NCBI GenBank assembly: GCA_035267045.1
Contig: DATFMH010000146.1
Coordinates: 6,157-70,156, forward strand
Origin: Balneolales bacterium
GTDB taxonomy: Bacteria; Bacteroidota; Rhodothermia; Balneolales; DATFMH01
Length of the DNA stretch: 64,000 nucleotides
Reading direction: 5' to 3'
Part shown: piece by piece, positions 18,695-26,487 of the stretch
How positions within the stretch are numbered: position 1 is the first letter of the stretch
Layout: each line of letters begins with the position of its first letter
Made by a program: the position numbers and the translations under genes
Notes under the pieces: generated by a model
Told to the model about the DNA's origin: nothing
Databases searched by the model: none
The model's input: only the letters and a program-made list of their open reading frames with translations

Positions 18695-19869
18695 CGTATT
18701 ACTTCCGCAAAGTGCAAACTTTTATATGTACCAACGCGATCCTTTTTGTGTAGTGAATTCGTCAATTCAGGATAGAAACGAAGATTTTTAAATATGTCCT
18801 TCTGTAGATAGTCAATTTTATTACCCGCTGAACGCATAAGTATCCGGGATCCGGTTTTACTATTTCTCAAGATGAGATCCCACTCATTTGATAAGGCACG
18901 AGGATCATTCCAGGCAAGCCAATCCTGATGGTCCAGTAATATGTAATGTGTATAAATATCAGGATTACGCTTTAAAAAATCATTAATGGTAAGATTGTGT
19001 ATTGAAATTCGATGAATACAGCCTTTTAAGCTTTCATAATTCGTAGGTTTTAGATATTCAGGGCAACATTTTGGCGTATAAGCGCCCGTCAGATAGACTC
19101 TCCAGAAATAATTATCCTGAATTGGAATTTCCGTAAATACCTTTCGAAGATTTTCTCTGATATAACCATACAGTCCGTCTGTATATTCGTGCTCAATAAG
19201 ATTGATCTGAGGCCTTGGTACGCCCAAAAGGGTCATTGTAAATGATCGTTTCACGATATAACGGCTAAAGGCATTCCAAAGATCCGGTTCAATCCGATCA
19301 AAAATTTCCCTTTGTTTATCCAGCGATGATGCCTGAAGCAATAATTGGATATTCTTCCACAGCTTTTTATTTTTTTTCATATACTTATGAGCCAGCCATG
19401 CCAGATTGCCGGATGTGCCTCTGAAATAAAATGATCTGTTTTCCGTATTAGGTAAAAAATAATAATACTTATCATCCCAGAATTGCTGTGCATAATTGGG
19501 AAGATGTCGTCTGAGGATATCGAAATATACTTCTCTTATATGTTGATGACGGCCATTACCAAAAAGTGAAAAGAAATCATCATGATCAAGAGTTGATATA
19601 GCCGCCTTCTTGAGTTCCAATAGGGCATTTTGGCGGTTATTTATATCAACAGTATCTATACTTCCGGGATTATCGAGCAAATAATCCAATACATTACAAC
19701 CCGCACTTGTTATCATGACAATGCGACTTTCATCATTTAACTGAAGTAGTTCGCGATCAATACGGGGATCCTCCCAGCTTGTGTTATAGATGAGATTATT
19801 GTCATGAATGTAATCGAATACCTTATCCCGTACTCTGTTTATTAAAGACGATGATATATTGGCACGCAT
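18691..19869 (-). CDS. btaA: DUF3419 protein, BtaA-like (S-adenosylmethionine:diacylglycerol 3-amino-3-carboxypropyl transferase candidate)
   Basis: 392 aa. YNTSWEDPRIDRELLQL, ITSAGCNVLDYLL, VDINNRQNALLELK and FFSLFGNG match the DUF3419/BtaA pattern as I recall it. Confidence 0.6.
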   Translation of the reverse strand: MRANISSSLINRVRDKVFDYIHDNNLIYNTSWEDPRIDRELLQLNDESRIVMITSAGCNVLDYLLDNPGSIDTVDINNRQNALLELKKAAISTLDHDDFFSLFGNGRHQHIREVYFDILRRHLPNYAQQFWDDKYYYFLPNTENRSFYFRGTSGNLAWLAHKYMKKNKKLWKNIQLLLQASSLDKQREIFDRIEPDLWNAFSRYIVKRSFTMTLLGVPRPQINLIEHEYTDGLYGYIRENLRKVFTEIPIQDNYFWRVYLTGAYTPKCCPEYLKPTNYESLKGCIHRISIHNLTINDFLKRNPDIYTHYILLDHQDWLAWNDPRALSNEWDLILRNSKTGSRILMRSAGNKIDYLQKDIFKNLRFYPELTNSLHKKDRVGTYKSLHFAEVIR

Positions 19870-19953
19870 TTACCTGGTCAATATGAATTAATATTATTTC
19901 TGTCTGTATTGTGTTTGTCTTTCGCTAATATAACTCAATTTGTGGGGTAAACA

Positions 19954-20766
19954 TTATGACAGATAATGAAATAATAATTTCTTAACATCCTTCGGTGTTT
20001 TCGGTGGCAGGCTAAAGTAATAGTCAGTCTCATATTCATTTTGATTGAAAAGAATAGGATCACCATTGGAGGTCGAGCCCAGTTCATACCCTGCTGCACG
20101 CATTATGGCAGCCGGTGCACATAAATCCCAATACGCTGTCCTGCGCATGGTTATATAGCCATTGGACTCACCAAAAAGCGGGCCGGTCATTTCTATCTTA
20201 TCGTTTATATACTTATGCCGTTTGACTCCAAAACGATCTTTTAATTCAGATTTTAGCTGTTCGTCAACACGTTTCATGATTAGTGTTGCATCATCCGGAA
20301 ATTCTTTGCTTGCCTTTAGTTCTCTGCTAATATCAGTTTTGGTGATATGTCGGACCGTACCATTGCCGTATCCGTAAACGAATTCTTTTGTAATCGGTTT
20401 GTAAATGATCCCAAATTCGGGAATGCCCTCAATACAAAGGCCGATTAAAATGAAAAAATGATCGGATCCATTAACAAAATGTTTGGTTCCGTCTATTGGA
20501 TCGATGAACCATATAATTTCGGAACCTTTTTGAAATGATTTGTCCTCCGATTCTTCACCAATTAAATCTTCACCCGGAAAATATTTTTGAATCAAATCAG
20601 TAAAATAGTCATTTGACCAAAAATCAGCATTTGTTACCGGTGATTGATCCGGTTTGATATGCACCTCAAAATTTGATGAATTTCGTATTTGTATAACACG
20701 TTCGCCAGCTTCCCTGATATGTGGTTTTAGCAATTCAAAACGTTTTTCGAACTCTTTCAACTTCAT
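19954..20766 (-). CDS. inositol monophosphatase / CysQ family phosphatase
   Basis: IGEESED, WFIDPIDGTKHF and YWDLCAPAAIM are IMPase-family motifs. Same strand as the btaA-like gene and 84 bp upstream of it. Confidence 0.75.
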   Translation of the reverse strand: MKLKEFEKRFELLKPHIREAGERVIQIRNSSNFEVHIKPDQSPVTNADFWSNDYFTDLIQKYFPGEDLIGEESEDKSFQKGSEIIWFIDPIDGTKHFVNGSDHFFILIGLCIEGIPEFGIIYKPITKEFVYGYGNGTVRHITKTDISRELKASKEFPDDATLIMKRVDEQLKSELKDRFGVKRHKYINDKIEMTGPLFGESNGYITMRRTAYWDLCAPAAIMRAAGYELGSTSNGDPILFNQNEYETDYYFSLPPKTPKDVKKLLFHYLS

Positions 20767-20933
20767 TATTATATTCGATTAATGCCGTAATATTTAGATG
20801 TTTTAGCCTGTTACCTTAAAGGTAAACGCATGTGATATTTAAAATGGAACAAAAATTATTATAAAATCATTGTATTTATTTACTAACGGACATCTAAGCA
20901 AAATAGCATTAAAATATATAAATGGAGAGACAT

Positions 20934-21086
20934 ATGGATTCTAATATTGAACTCAAGAGAACTTTAAAGCACCAATTCCGTAGGGTACGACGTTATATAA
21001 GAGCTAATCCGGAAAAAGGTGTAATGACATCTTTCATGGGAGGTATGTTATTGGGTATGCTTATAGGAAAATTGATCAGCGAATAA
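20934..21086 (+). CDS. small (50 aa) C-terminally membrane-anchored protein, DUF883/ElaB-like tail (tentative)
   Basis: Below the track size cutoff. ATG is preceded by GGAGAGA. Translation MDSNIELKRTLKHQFRRVRRYIRANPEKGVMTSFMGGMLLGMLIGKLISE has an amphipathic basic head and a Gly-rich TM tail. Confidence 0.35.
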   Translation: MDSNIELKRTLKHQFRRVRRYIRANPEKGVMTSFMGGMLLGMLIGKLISE

Positions 21087-21217
21087 TAATATTCCGATTG
21101 ATTAACATAAAGTTATAGTAATTCTTATAAACCATTTTGCAGCTTGACGGTTATGCAATATATTTACAGGCGAAAAGTCTGAAGTATTTTACTATTTAAA
21201 AATTTAGGAACAGAAAT

Positions 21218-22328
21218 ATGGAGATAGCTTATACAACTGATCAGATTGAGTCATTATTTCAGCGCGTGGATGCGCTGAGGAGGTATCTTTGACTATGATA
21301 AACGTAAAAAACATATCATAGAATTAGAGGATCTGGCTCAACAACCCGGATTTTGGGACGATTCCGATAAAGCTCAGGATATAATGAAAGAGCTTAATGA
21401 GGAAAAAGAATGGATCGCCAGCTGGGATAAACTGGATGAGCATCGTCAAAGTATCAAGATTTACCAGGAGTTTTTGAATGAAGGAGAGGATGTTTCCGGG
21501 GAAATAAACACCGAACTTGATGAACTCCGGAAAGAACTGGAAGAGCTTGAGTTGAAAAATATGCTCAGTGATGAGGATGATAAAAGAGACGCCCTTATCA
21601 CCATTAATCCCGGAGCAGGTGGTACCGAAAGTCAGGATTGGGCCCAAATGTTATATCGTATGTATGTGCGTTGGGCCGAACGACGTGGTTATGATGTGAG
21701 TACTATTGAATATCAACCAGGCGATGTAGCCGGTATTAAAAGTGCGACAATAGAAGTTAAGGGTAATTTCGCTTACGGTTACTTAAAAGCCGAAAACGGT
21801 GTTCATCGTCTTGTAAGGATATCCCCGTTCGACAGTAATTCAAGAAGACATACGTCATTTACATCTGTTTTTGTTTACCCCATCATAGATGATAAAATTG
21901 AGATCGATCTTAATCCCGATGATATTGAGATGCAGCGTTTCCATTCCAGTGGTAAGGGCGGACAGAATGTAAATAAAGTGGAAACGGGTGTTCGACTCAT
22001 TTGGGATGGGAATTTATCAGACGGCAGTAAAGAACGGGTTGTTGCTGAATGTCAACAGGAACGTTCCCAACTTCAAAATCGCGAAAAAGCCTTGCAGATG
22101 TTAAAGTCACGGGTTTACGATCTTGAAAAACGAATTCGGGAAGCTGCCAAAGATGAGCTTGAGTCAACCAAGAAAGCAAATGAATGGGGTTCACAGATTC
22201 GTTCGTATGTGATGCATCCTTATAATATGGTTAAAGATCACCGAACAAATCATGAGACGTCCAATGTGGAAGCCGTTATGGATGGTGATTTAGACGATTT
22301 TATTAAAGCTTATTTGATGTCACTGTAA
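21218..22328 (+). CDS. prfB: peptide chain release factor 2 (requires programmed +1 frameshift at 21287-21293)
   Basis: Frame 0 reads [24 protein letters not shown] then TGA (21290-21292). The +1 frame from 21291 reads [24 protein letters not shown]... and is in frame with track ORF 21384-22328. The SPF and GGQ ([16 protein letters not shown]) motifs are present. Confidence 0.9.
21278..21293 (+). promoter_or_regulatory. prfB recoding site: internal Shine-Dalgarno AGGAGG + TAT + CTT TGA C
   Basis: Exact match to the canonical RF2 autoregulatory frameshift cassette. Confidence 0.9.
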
Positions 22329-23914
22329 TGATTTATAAGTACGATTTTTTGATTATCGGAAGTGGAGCGGCCGGTCTCTCATTTGCATTAAAAGTAGCTG
22401 ATTATGGTAAAGTCGGTATTATCACTAAAAAGAATTCGAGTGAATCGAATACAAATTATGCACAGGGCGGTATAGCTGCTGTTGTTGTAACGAGTGATAG
22501 TTTTGAGGAGCATATAGAGGACACCCTGGTTGCGGGTGCGGGTTTATGTAAAAAAGAAGCTGTTGAACTTATTGTAAAAGAAGGTCCGCGTACGATAGAG
22601 AATCTCATTAATATGGGAGCCTCATTCACAAAAAAAGACGGGGCTTTACATCTGGGTCGAGAAGGCGGCCACTCACACGAACGGATTGTGCATGCCGCTG
22701 ATACAACCGGCAGTGAGATAGAACACGTATTGGTAACGAATGTTAACAATCATGAAAACATTGAGATATTAGAGCATCACTATGCGCTTGAATTACTGAC
22801 GGAACACCATCTTGGAAAAAAAGTTACCAGGTATGATCCGGATACTCATTGTTACGGTGCCTATGTGTTGGATGTGAGAACAGGCAAAGTGGACGTCATG
22901 CTGGCTAAAGCAACGTTACTAGCTACAGGAGGTGCCGGTCAGGTGTATTTACATACCACTAATCCCGAAATAGCGACCGGAGATGGTATTGCCATGGCGT
23001 ACAGGGCTAAAGCCCGGATCTGCAATATGGAGTTCATCCAGTTTCATCCGACATCATTGTATCACAGCGAAGCTGATTCATTTCTCATTTCAGAAGCCGT
23101 GCGCGGTCATGGTGGTATTCTTCGCAATCAGGATGGTGAAGCATTTATGGCGGAGTATGATAAACGAAAAGAGTTGGCCCCCAGGGATATCGTTGCCAGA
23201 GCTATAGACGATCAACTAAAGAAGCGTGGAGATGATTATGTATATCTCGATGTAACACATTTAGATGCTGACGATATCAAAAAATCATTTCCATATATTT
23301 ATAATACCTGCCTGTCATTCGGCCTTGATATTACGAAAAAGCCTATTCCTGTAGTACCAGCGGCTCATTATCTTTGCGGAGGTGTTAAAACAGACCTGGA
23401 AGGACGTACATCCATTAACGGACTATTTGCCTGTGGCGAAGTATCATGTACGGGAGTTCACGGGGCAAATCGCCTTGCTTCCAACAGTTTATTGGAAGCT
23501 TTGGTATTTGGTGATAAAGCCGGCATTGCTGCGAAGGAGTATATCACGGATGTTATTTACAATGAAGAAATACCGGAATGGGACGAGAGCGGAACGTTCA
23601 ATACAGAAGAATGGGTCCTGATATCACATAATAAACGCGAATTGCAACAAGTGATGTGGGATTATGTTGGTATTGTGAGAAGTAACTTGCGCCTGGAAAG
23701 AGCATCGAGAAGGACTCATTTATTATATGAGGAAGTGGAAGATTTTTATAATCGTAACAGGGTGAGTGTCCCGCTTTGTCAGTTGCGCAATATGATAGCC
23801 GTTTCTTATTTAATTATTCGCTCAGCGCTACAGAGAAAAGAAAGCCGTGGATTGCATTATACCACAGACTACCCGGCGTTAAATGAAAAAGAAAAACGGG
23901 ACAGCATCATTTAA
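22328..23914 (+). CDS. nadB: L-aspartate oxidase
   Basis: 528 aa. FAD motif [27 protein letters not shown] and [18 protein letters not shown] blocks are typical of NadB. The ATG overlaps the prfB stop. Confidence 0.85.
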   Translation: MIYKYDFLIIGSGAAGLSFALKVADYGKVGIITKKNSSESNTNYAQGGIAAVVVTSDSFEEHIEDTLVAGAGLCKKEAVELIVKEGPRTIENLINMGASFTKKDGALHLGREGGHSHERIVHAADTTGSEIEHVLVTNVNNHENIEILEHHYALELLTEHHLGKKVTRYDPDTHCYGAYVLDVRTGKVDVMLAKATLLATGGAGQVYLHTTNPEIATGDGIAMAYRAKARICNMEFIQFHPTSLYHSEADSFLISEAVRGHGGILRNQDGEAFMAEYDKRKELAPRDIVARAIDDQLKKRGDDYVYLDVTHLDADDIKKSFPYIYNTCLSFGLDITKKPIPVVPAAHYLCGGVKTDLEGRTSINGLFACGEVSCTGVHGANRLASNSLLEALVFGDKAGIAAKEYITDVIYNEEIPEWDESGTFNTEEWVLISHNKRELQQVMWDYVGIVRSNLRLERASRRTHLLYEEVEDFYNRNRVSVPLCQLRNMIAVSYLIIRSALQRKESRGLHYTTDYPALNEKEKRDSII

Positions 23915-23921
23915 GGTTTCT

Positions 23922-24533
23922 ATGCTTAAAGTTGGTATAACAGGTGGTATTGGTAGTGGAAAAACGACAATATGTCGTATTTGGGAAGAATTGGGTGCAA
24001 AAGTAATCTATGCGGATGATCTTGCAAAACAGCTCATGGCCGAAGATCCTGTTTTAAAGAAAGAATTGATTTCTGCATTTGGACCTCAGTCATATAAAGA
24101 GAATGGTGAGTTGAATCGAACATACCTTGCTGAAGTAGCTTTTAAAAAGGGAAGGGTAGAAGAGTTTAATCGGATAATCCATCCAAGGGTATTTGAAAAG
24201 ACAGAAGAAATTGCAAGGGAAGCTGAAGCACAAGGTATCAAAGTCCTGGTTAAAGAAGCGGCATTATTATTGAAATATGGCCGACCTGTAGATCTGGATT
24301 ATGTCGTATTGGTTACAGCTGAAGCTGAGAAAAGACTGAAAAGAGTAGTTAAAAGGGACCAGACAAAAGCCGGGAAAGTGTCGGAACGCATGCAAAAACA
24401 ACAAAATAATGATGAACTCAGGAAGTATGCAGATATCATTATAAAGAACGATGGATCCATTGAAGAATTAAGAGAAAATGCTGCAAAAATATTCTTAGGT
24501 TTTTTGGATGAAACAGGTATAGATAAGGATTAA
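23922..24533 (+). CDS. coaE: dephospho-CoA kinase
   Basis: MLKVGITGGIGSGKTT P-loop at the N-terminus. I prefer the ATG at 23922 (8 nt after the nadB stop) to the track start 23883, which overlaps nadB. Confidence 0.8.
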   Translation: MLKVGITGGIGSGKTTICRIWEELGAKVIYADDLAKQLMAEDPVLKKELISAFGPQSYKENGELNRTYLAEVAFKKGRVEEFNRIIHPRVFEKTEEIAREAEAQGIKVLVKEAALLLKYGRPVDLDYVVLVTAEAEKRLKRVVKRDQTKAGKVSERMQKQQNNDELRKYADIIIKNDGSIEELRENAAKIFLGFLDETGIDKD

Positions 24534-24714
24534 TTTCTATTTTTTTCGAAATTAATTTTTACAAAAAGAAATAATTGTTACTTTTACGTGGTATTGCGCT
24601 TAGGTATTAATTTAGAACAACTAAAATTATAATATTTTATTTAGGGTAGTAAGAAAGCGCTTTTCTATATAAATTACGGTACTTTTACAAATTATAATTT
24701 TTAAACAGGGTTAC

Positions 24715-25752
24715 ATGACTTCGCAAAATGTAGAGAGACTTATAACACAAGAGGAGTTTATCATATCCCGTCAGAACAGATTTCCCGGTGCTACCGGGGA
24801 ACTATCTCAATTGTTACGGGATATAGGACTTGCTGCCAAGATTATTTCACGGGAAGTAAATAAGGCAGGCATAACTCATATTTTGGGCTATGATGGTTCG
24901 GAAAATGTACATGGTGAACGTGTTAAAAAGCTTGATGTGTTTTCCAATGAACAAATGTTATCGGCATTATCCCGTTCTGGAATAGTCTGTATGATCATCT
25001 CTGAGGAGAATGAAGGTATCGTTCGGTTGGGCAATAGTTCCGGAAAATATATTGTTTATTGTGATCCTCTCGATGGTTCATCCAATATAGACGTTAATGT
25101 TTCCATAGGAACCATTTTCTCAATTTATATGAGGAAGTCACATCGTGCTGATTATCCTGACGAGGACGATCCTATGCAGCCGGGAACCAATCAGGTAGCG
25201 GCAGGATATATAATATACGGTTCCAGTACGATGATGGTTTACACCACCGGATTGGGTGTCAGTGCGTTTACACTCGATCCAAGTATTGGAGAATTTTTCT
25301 TGTCGCACGATAACATCACAATACCCGAAATTGGTCCCTATTACAGTATTAATGAAGGGAGTTACAATACCTGGGAACTTGGATTGAAGAAATATGTTAA
25401 ATATTGTCAGGAAGAGGATAAAGAGACAAAGCGTCCTTATTCTGCTCGTTATATAGGTTCGATGGTTGCTGATGTGCACAGAATCATGCTAAAGGGAGGT
25501 ATTTTTATTTATCCTCAGAGTAAAAGATATAAAAATGGCAAATTGAGATTAATGTATGAATGTAATCCATTGGGTTTCATAATCGAACAAGCCGGTGGTT
25601 TAGCCACGACAGGACGAAAAAGAATTATGGAAATATTTCCTGATGATATCCATCAGAGAACACCTATTTACATTGGCTCGAAGTTCAATGTTGAACAAGC
25701 AGAATATTTTCTTCAGAAGTATGAAAATATCAATGAGGAAAAATATGCTTAG
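24715..25752 (+). CDS. fbp: fructose-1,6-bisphosphatase class 1
   Basis: 345 aa. EENE, DPLDGSSNID, GSSTMMV, YIGSMVADVHR and GGIFIYP blocks are typical of class I FBPase. Confidence 0.85.
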   Translation: MTSQNVERLITQEEFIISRQNRFPGATGELSQLLRDIGLAAKIISREVNKAGITHILGYDGSENVHGERVKKLDVFSNEQMLSALSRSGIVCMIISEENEGIVRLGNSSGKYIVYCDPLDGSSNIDVNVSIGTIFSIYMRKSHRADYPDEDDPMQPGTNQVAAGYIIYGSSTMMVYTTGLGVSAFTLDPSIGEFFLSHDNITIPEIGPYYSINEGSYNTWELGLKKYVKYCQEEDKETKRPYSARYIGSMVADVHRIMLKGGIFIYPQSKRYKNGKLRLMYECNPLGFIIEQAGGLATTGRKRIMEIFPDDIHQRTPIYIGSKFNVEQAEYFLQKYENINEEKYA

Positions 25753-25800
25753 ATGATAAAGAGACTATTATCGTTGTGTAAGCTACAAGATATGTCTATG

Positions 25801-25834
25801 AAAAAAGGAGCACTTGATAAGTGCTCCTTTTTTA
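25801..25834. terminator. bidirectional rho-independent terminator
   Basis: AAAAAA-GGAGCACTT-GAT-AAGTGCTCC-TTTTTT: 9-bp stem, A-tract upstream and T-tract downstream. It lies between the convergent fbp and DUF192 genes. Confidence 0.75.
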
Positions 25835-25986
25835 TTGATCGTATATATGAAATTTGAGATGAACATAAATCCATCTTCTTACCATGGATAAATTTCCGTT
25901 TTTAAATTTTAACAGGATAACAAGGTCTTTCGCTTTGTACTTTGCAACATGAAGACTGATATAATCTTTGTTTAACGTTCGTTAAT

Positions 25987-26487
25987 TTAAAATGTCACAT
26001 TCATGCCTTCCGTAACATCGTGATCAACACAATATCCTCCGTTCACCTCAACAACATATTTAGCGGGACCGTCAGAGTTTAACTGTTTTTCGGAAAATGG
26101 TTGCGTTGAATGATGAATACGTATAATCTTCTTATCTGCATTTATGAAAATTATGTCCAGTGATAACGGAGTATTGGCCATCCAAAAGCTGAGGTTCTGT
26201 GTTTTATCAAAGATAAATAACATGCCACCGTCCTCAGGAAGCTGTTTTACGTCCATTAAACCGGTATCGCGTTCCTCAGGTGTTTTGGCAACGGCTACTC
26301 TAACCGTTGAAACAGTATCACCATTTGCAGCAACGAAAGACACTTTATTTGTAAAAGCGACGGTTCTGCCACTATCCGATTTATTTTCTGAGTTTTTACT
26401 TTTCCTGGAACAGCCAGCAAAGGTAAATAACAAGCTGACTGTAACAAGACTTATAACCCATTTACTCATTGTCTCCTGGTATTTCAT
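25987..26487 (-). CDS. DUF192 domain lipoprotein
   Basis: Lipobox LFTFAGCS. GLMDV...GMLFIF...FWMANTPLSLDIIFI is the DUF192 core. The likely start is the internal MSKWV. Confidence 0.65.
   Translation of the reverse strand: MKYQETMSKWVISLVTVSLLFTFAGCSRKSKNSENKSDSGRTVAFTNKVSFVAANGDTVSTVRVAVAKTPEERDTGLMDVKQLPEDGGMLFIFDKTQNLSFWMANTPLSLDIIFINADKKIIRIHHSTQPFSEKQLNSDGPAKYVVEVNGGYCVDHDVTEGMNVTF

Noticed and set aside
21324-21647. 107-aa minus-strand ORF overlapping prfB
   Set aside because: It is antisense to a highly conserved RF2 coding region, and the protein is hydrophobic nonsense.
23883-23921. Track start of coaE at 23883, overlapping nadB by 32 nt
   Set aside because: The conserved CoaE N-terminus (MLKVGITGGIGSGKT) begins at the ATG at 23922, just after the nadB stop. 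The upstream extension [13 protein letters not shown] has no counterpart in CoaE.
24570-24700. Direct repeat TACTTTTAC (about 24583 and 24682) and the distant GCGCTT/AAGCGC pairing upstream of fbp as a regulatory RNA
   Set aside because: These are short AT-rich matches with a ~60-100 nt separation and are plausible by chance in this composition. No known riboswitch consensus.
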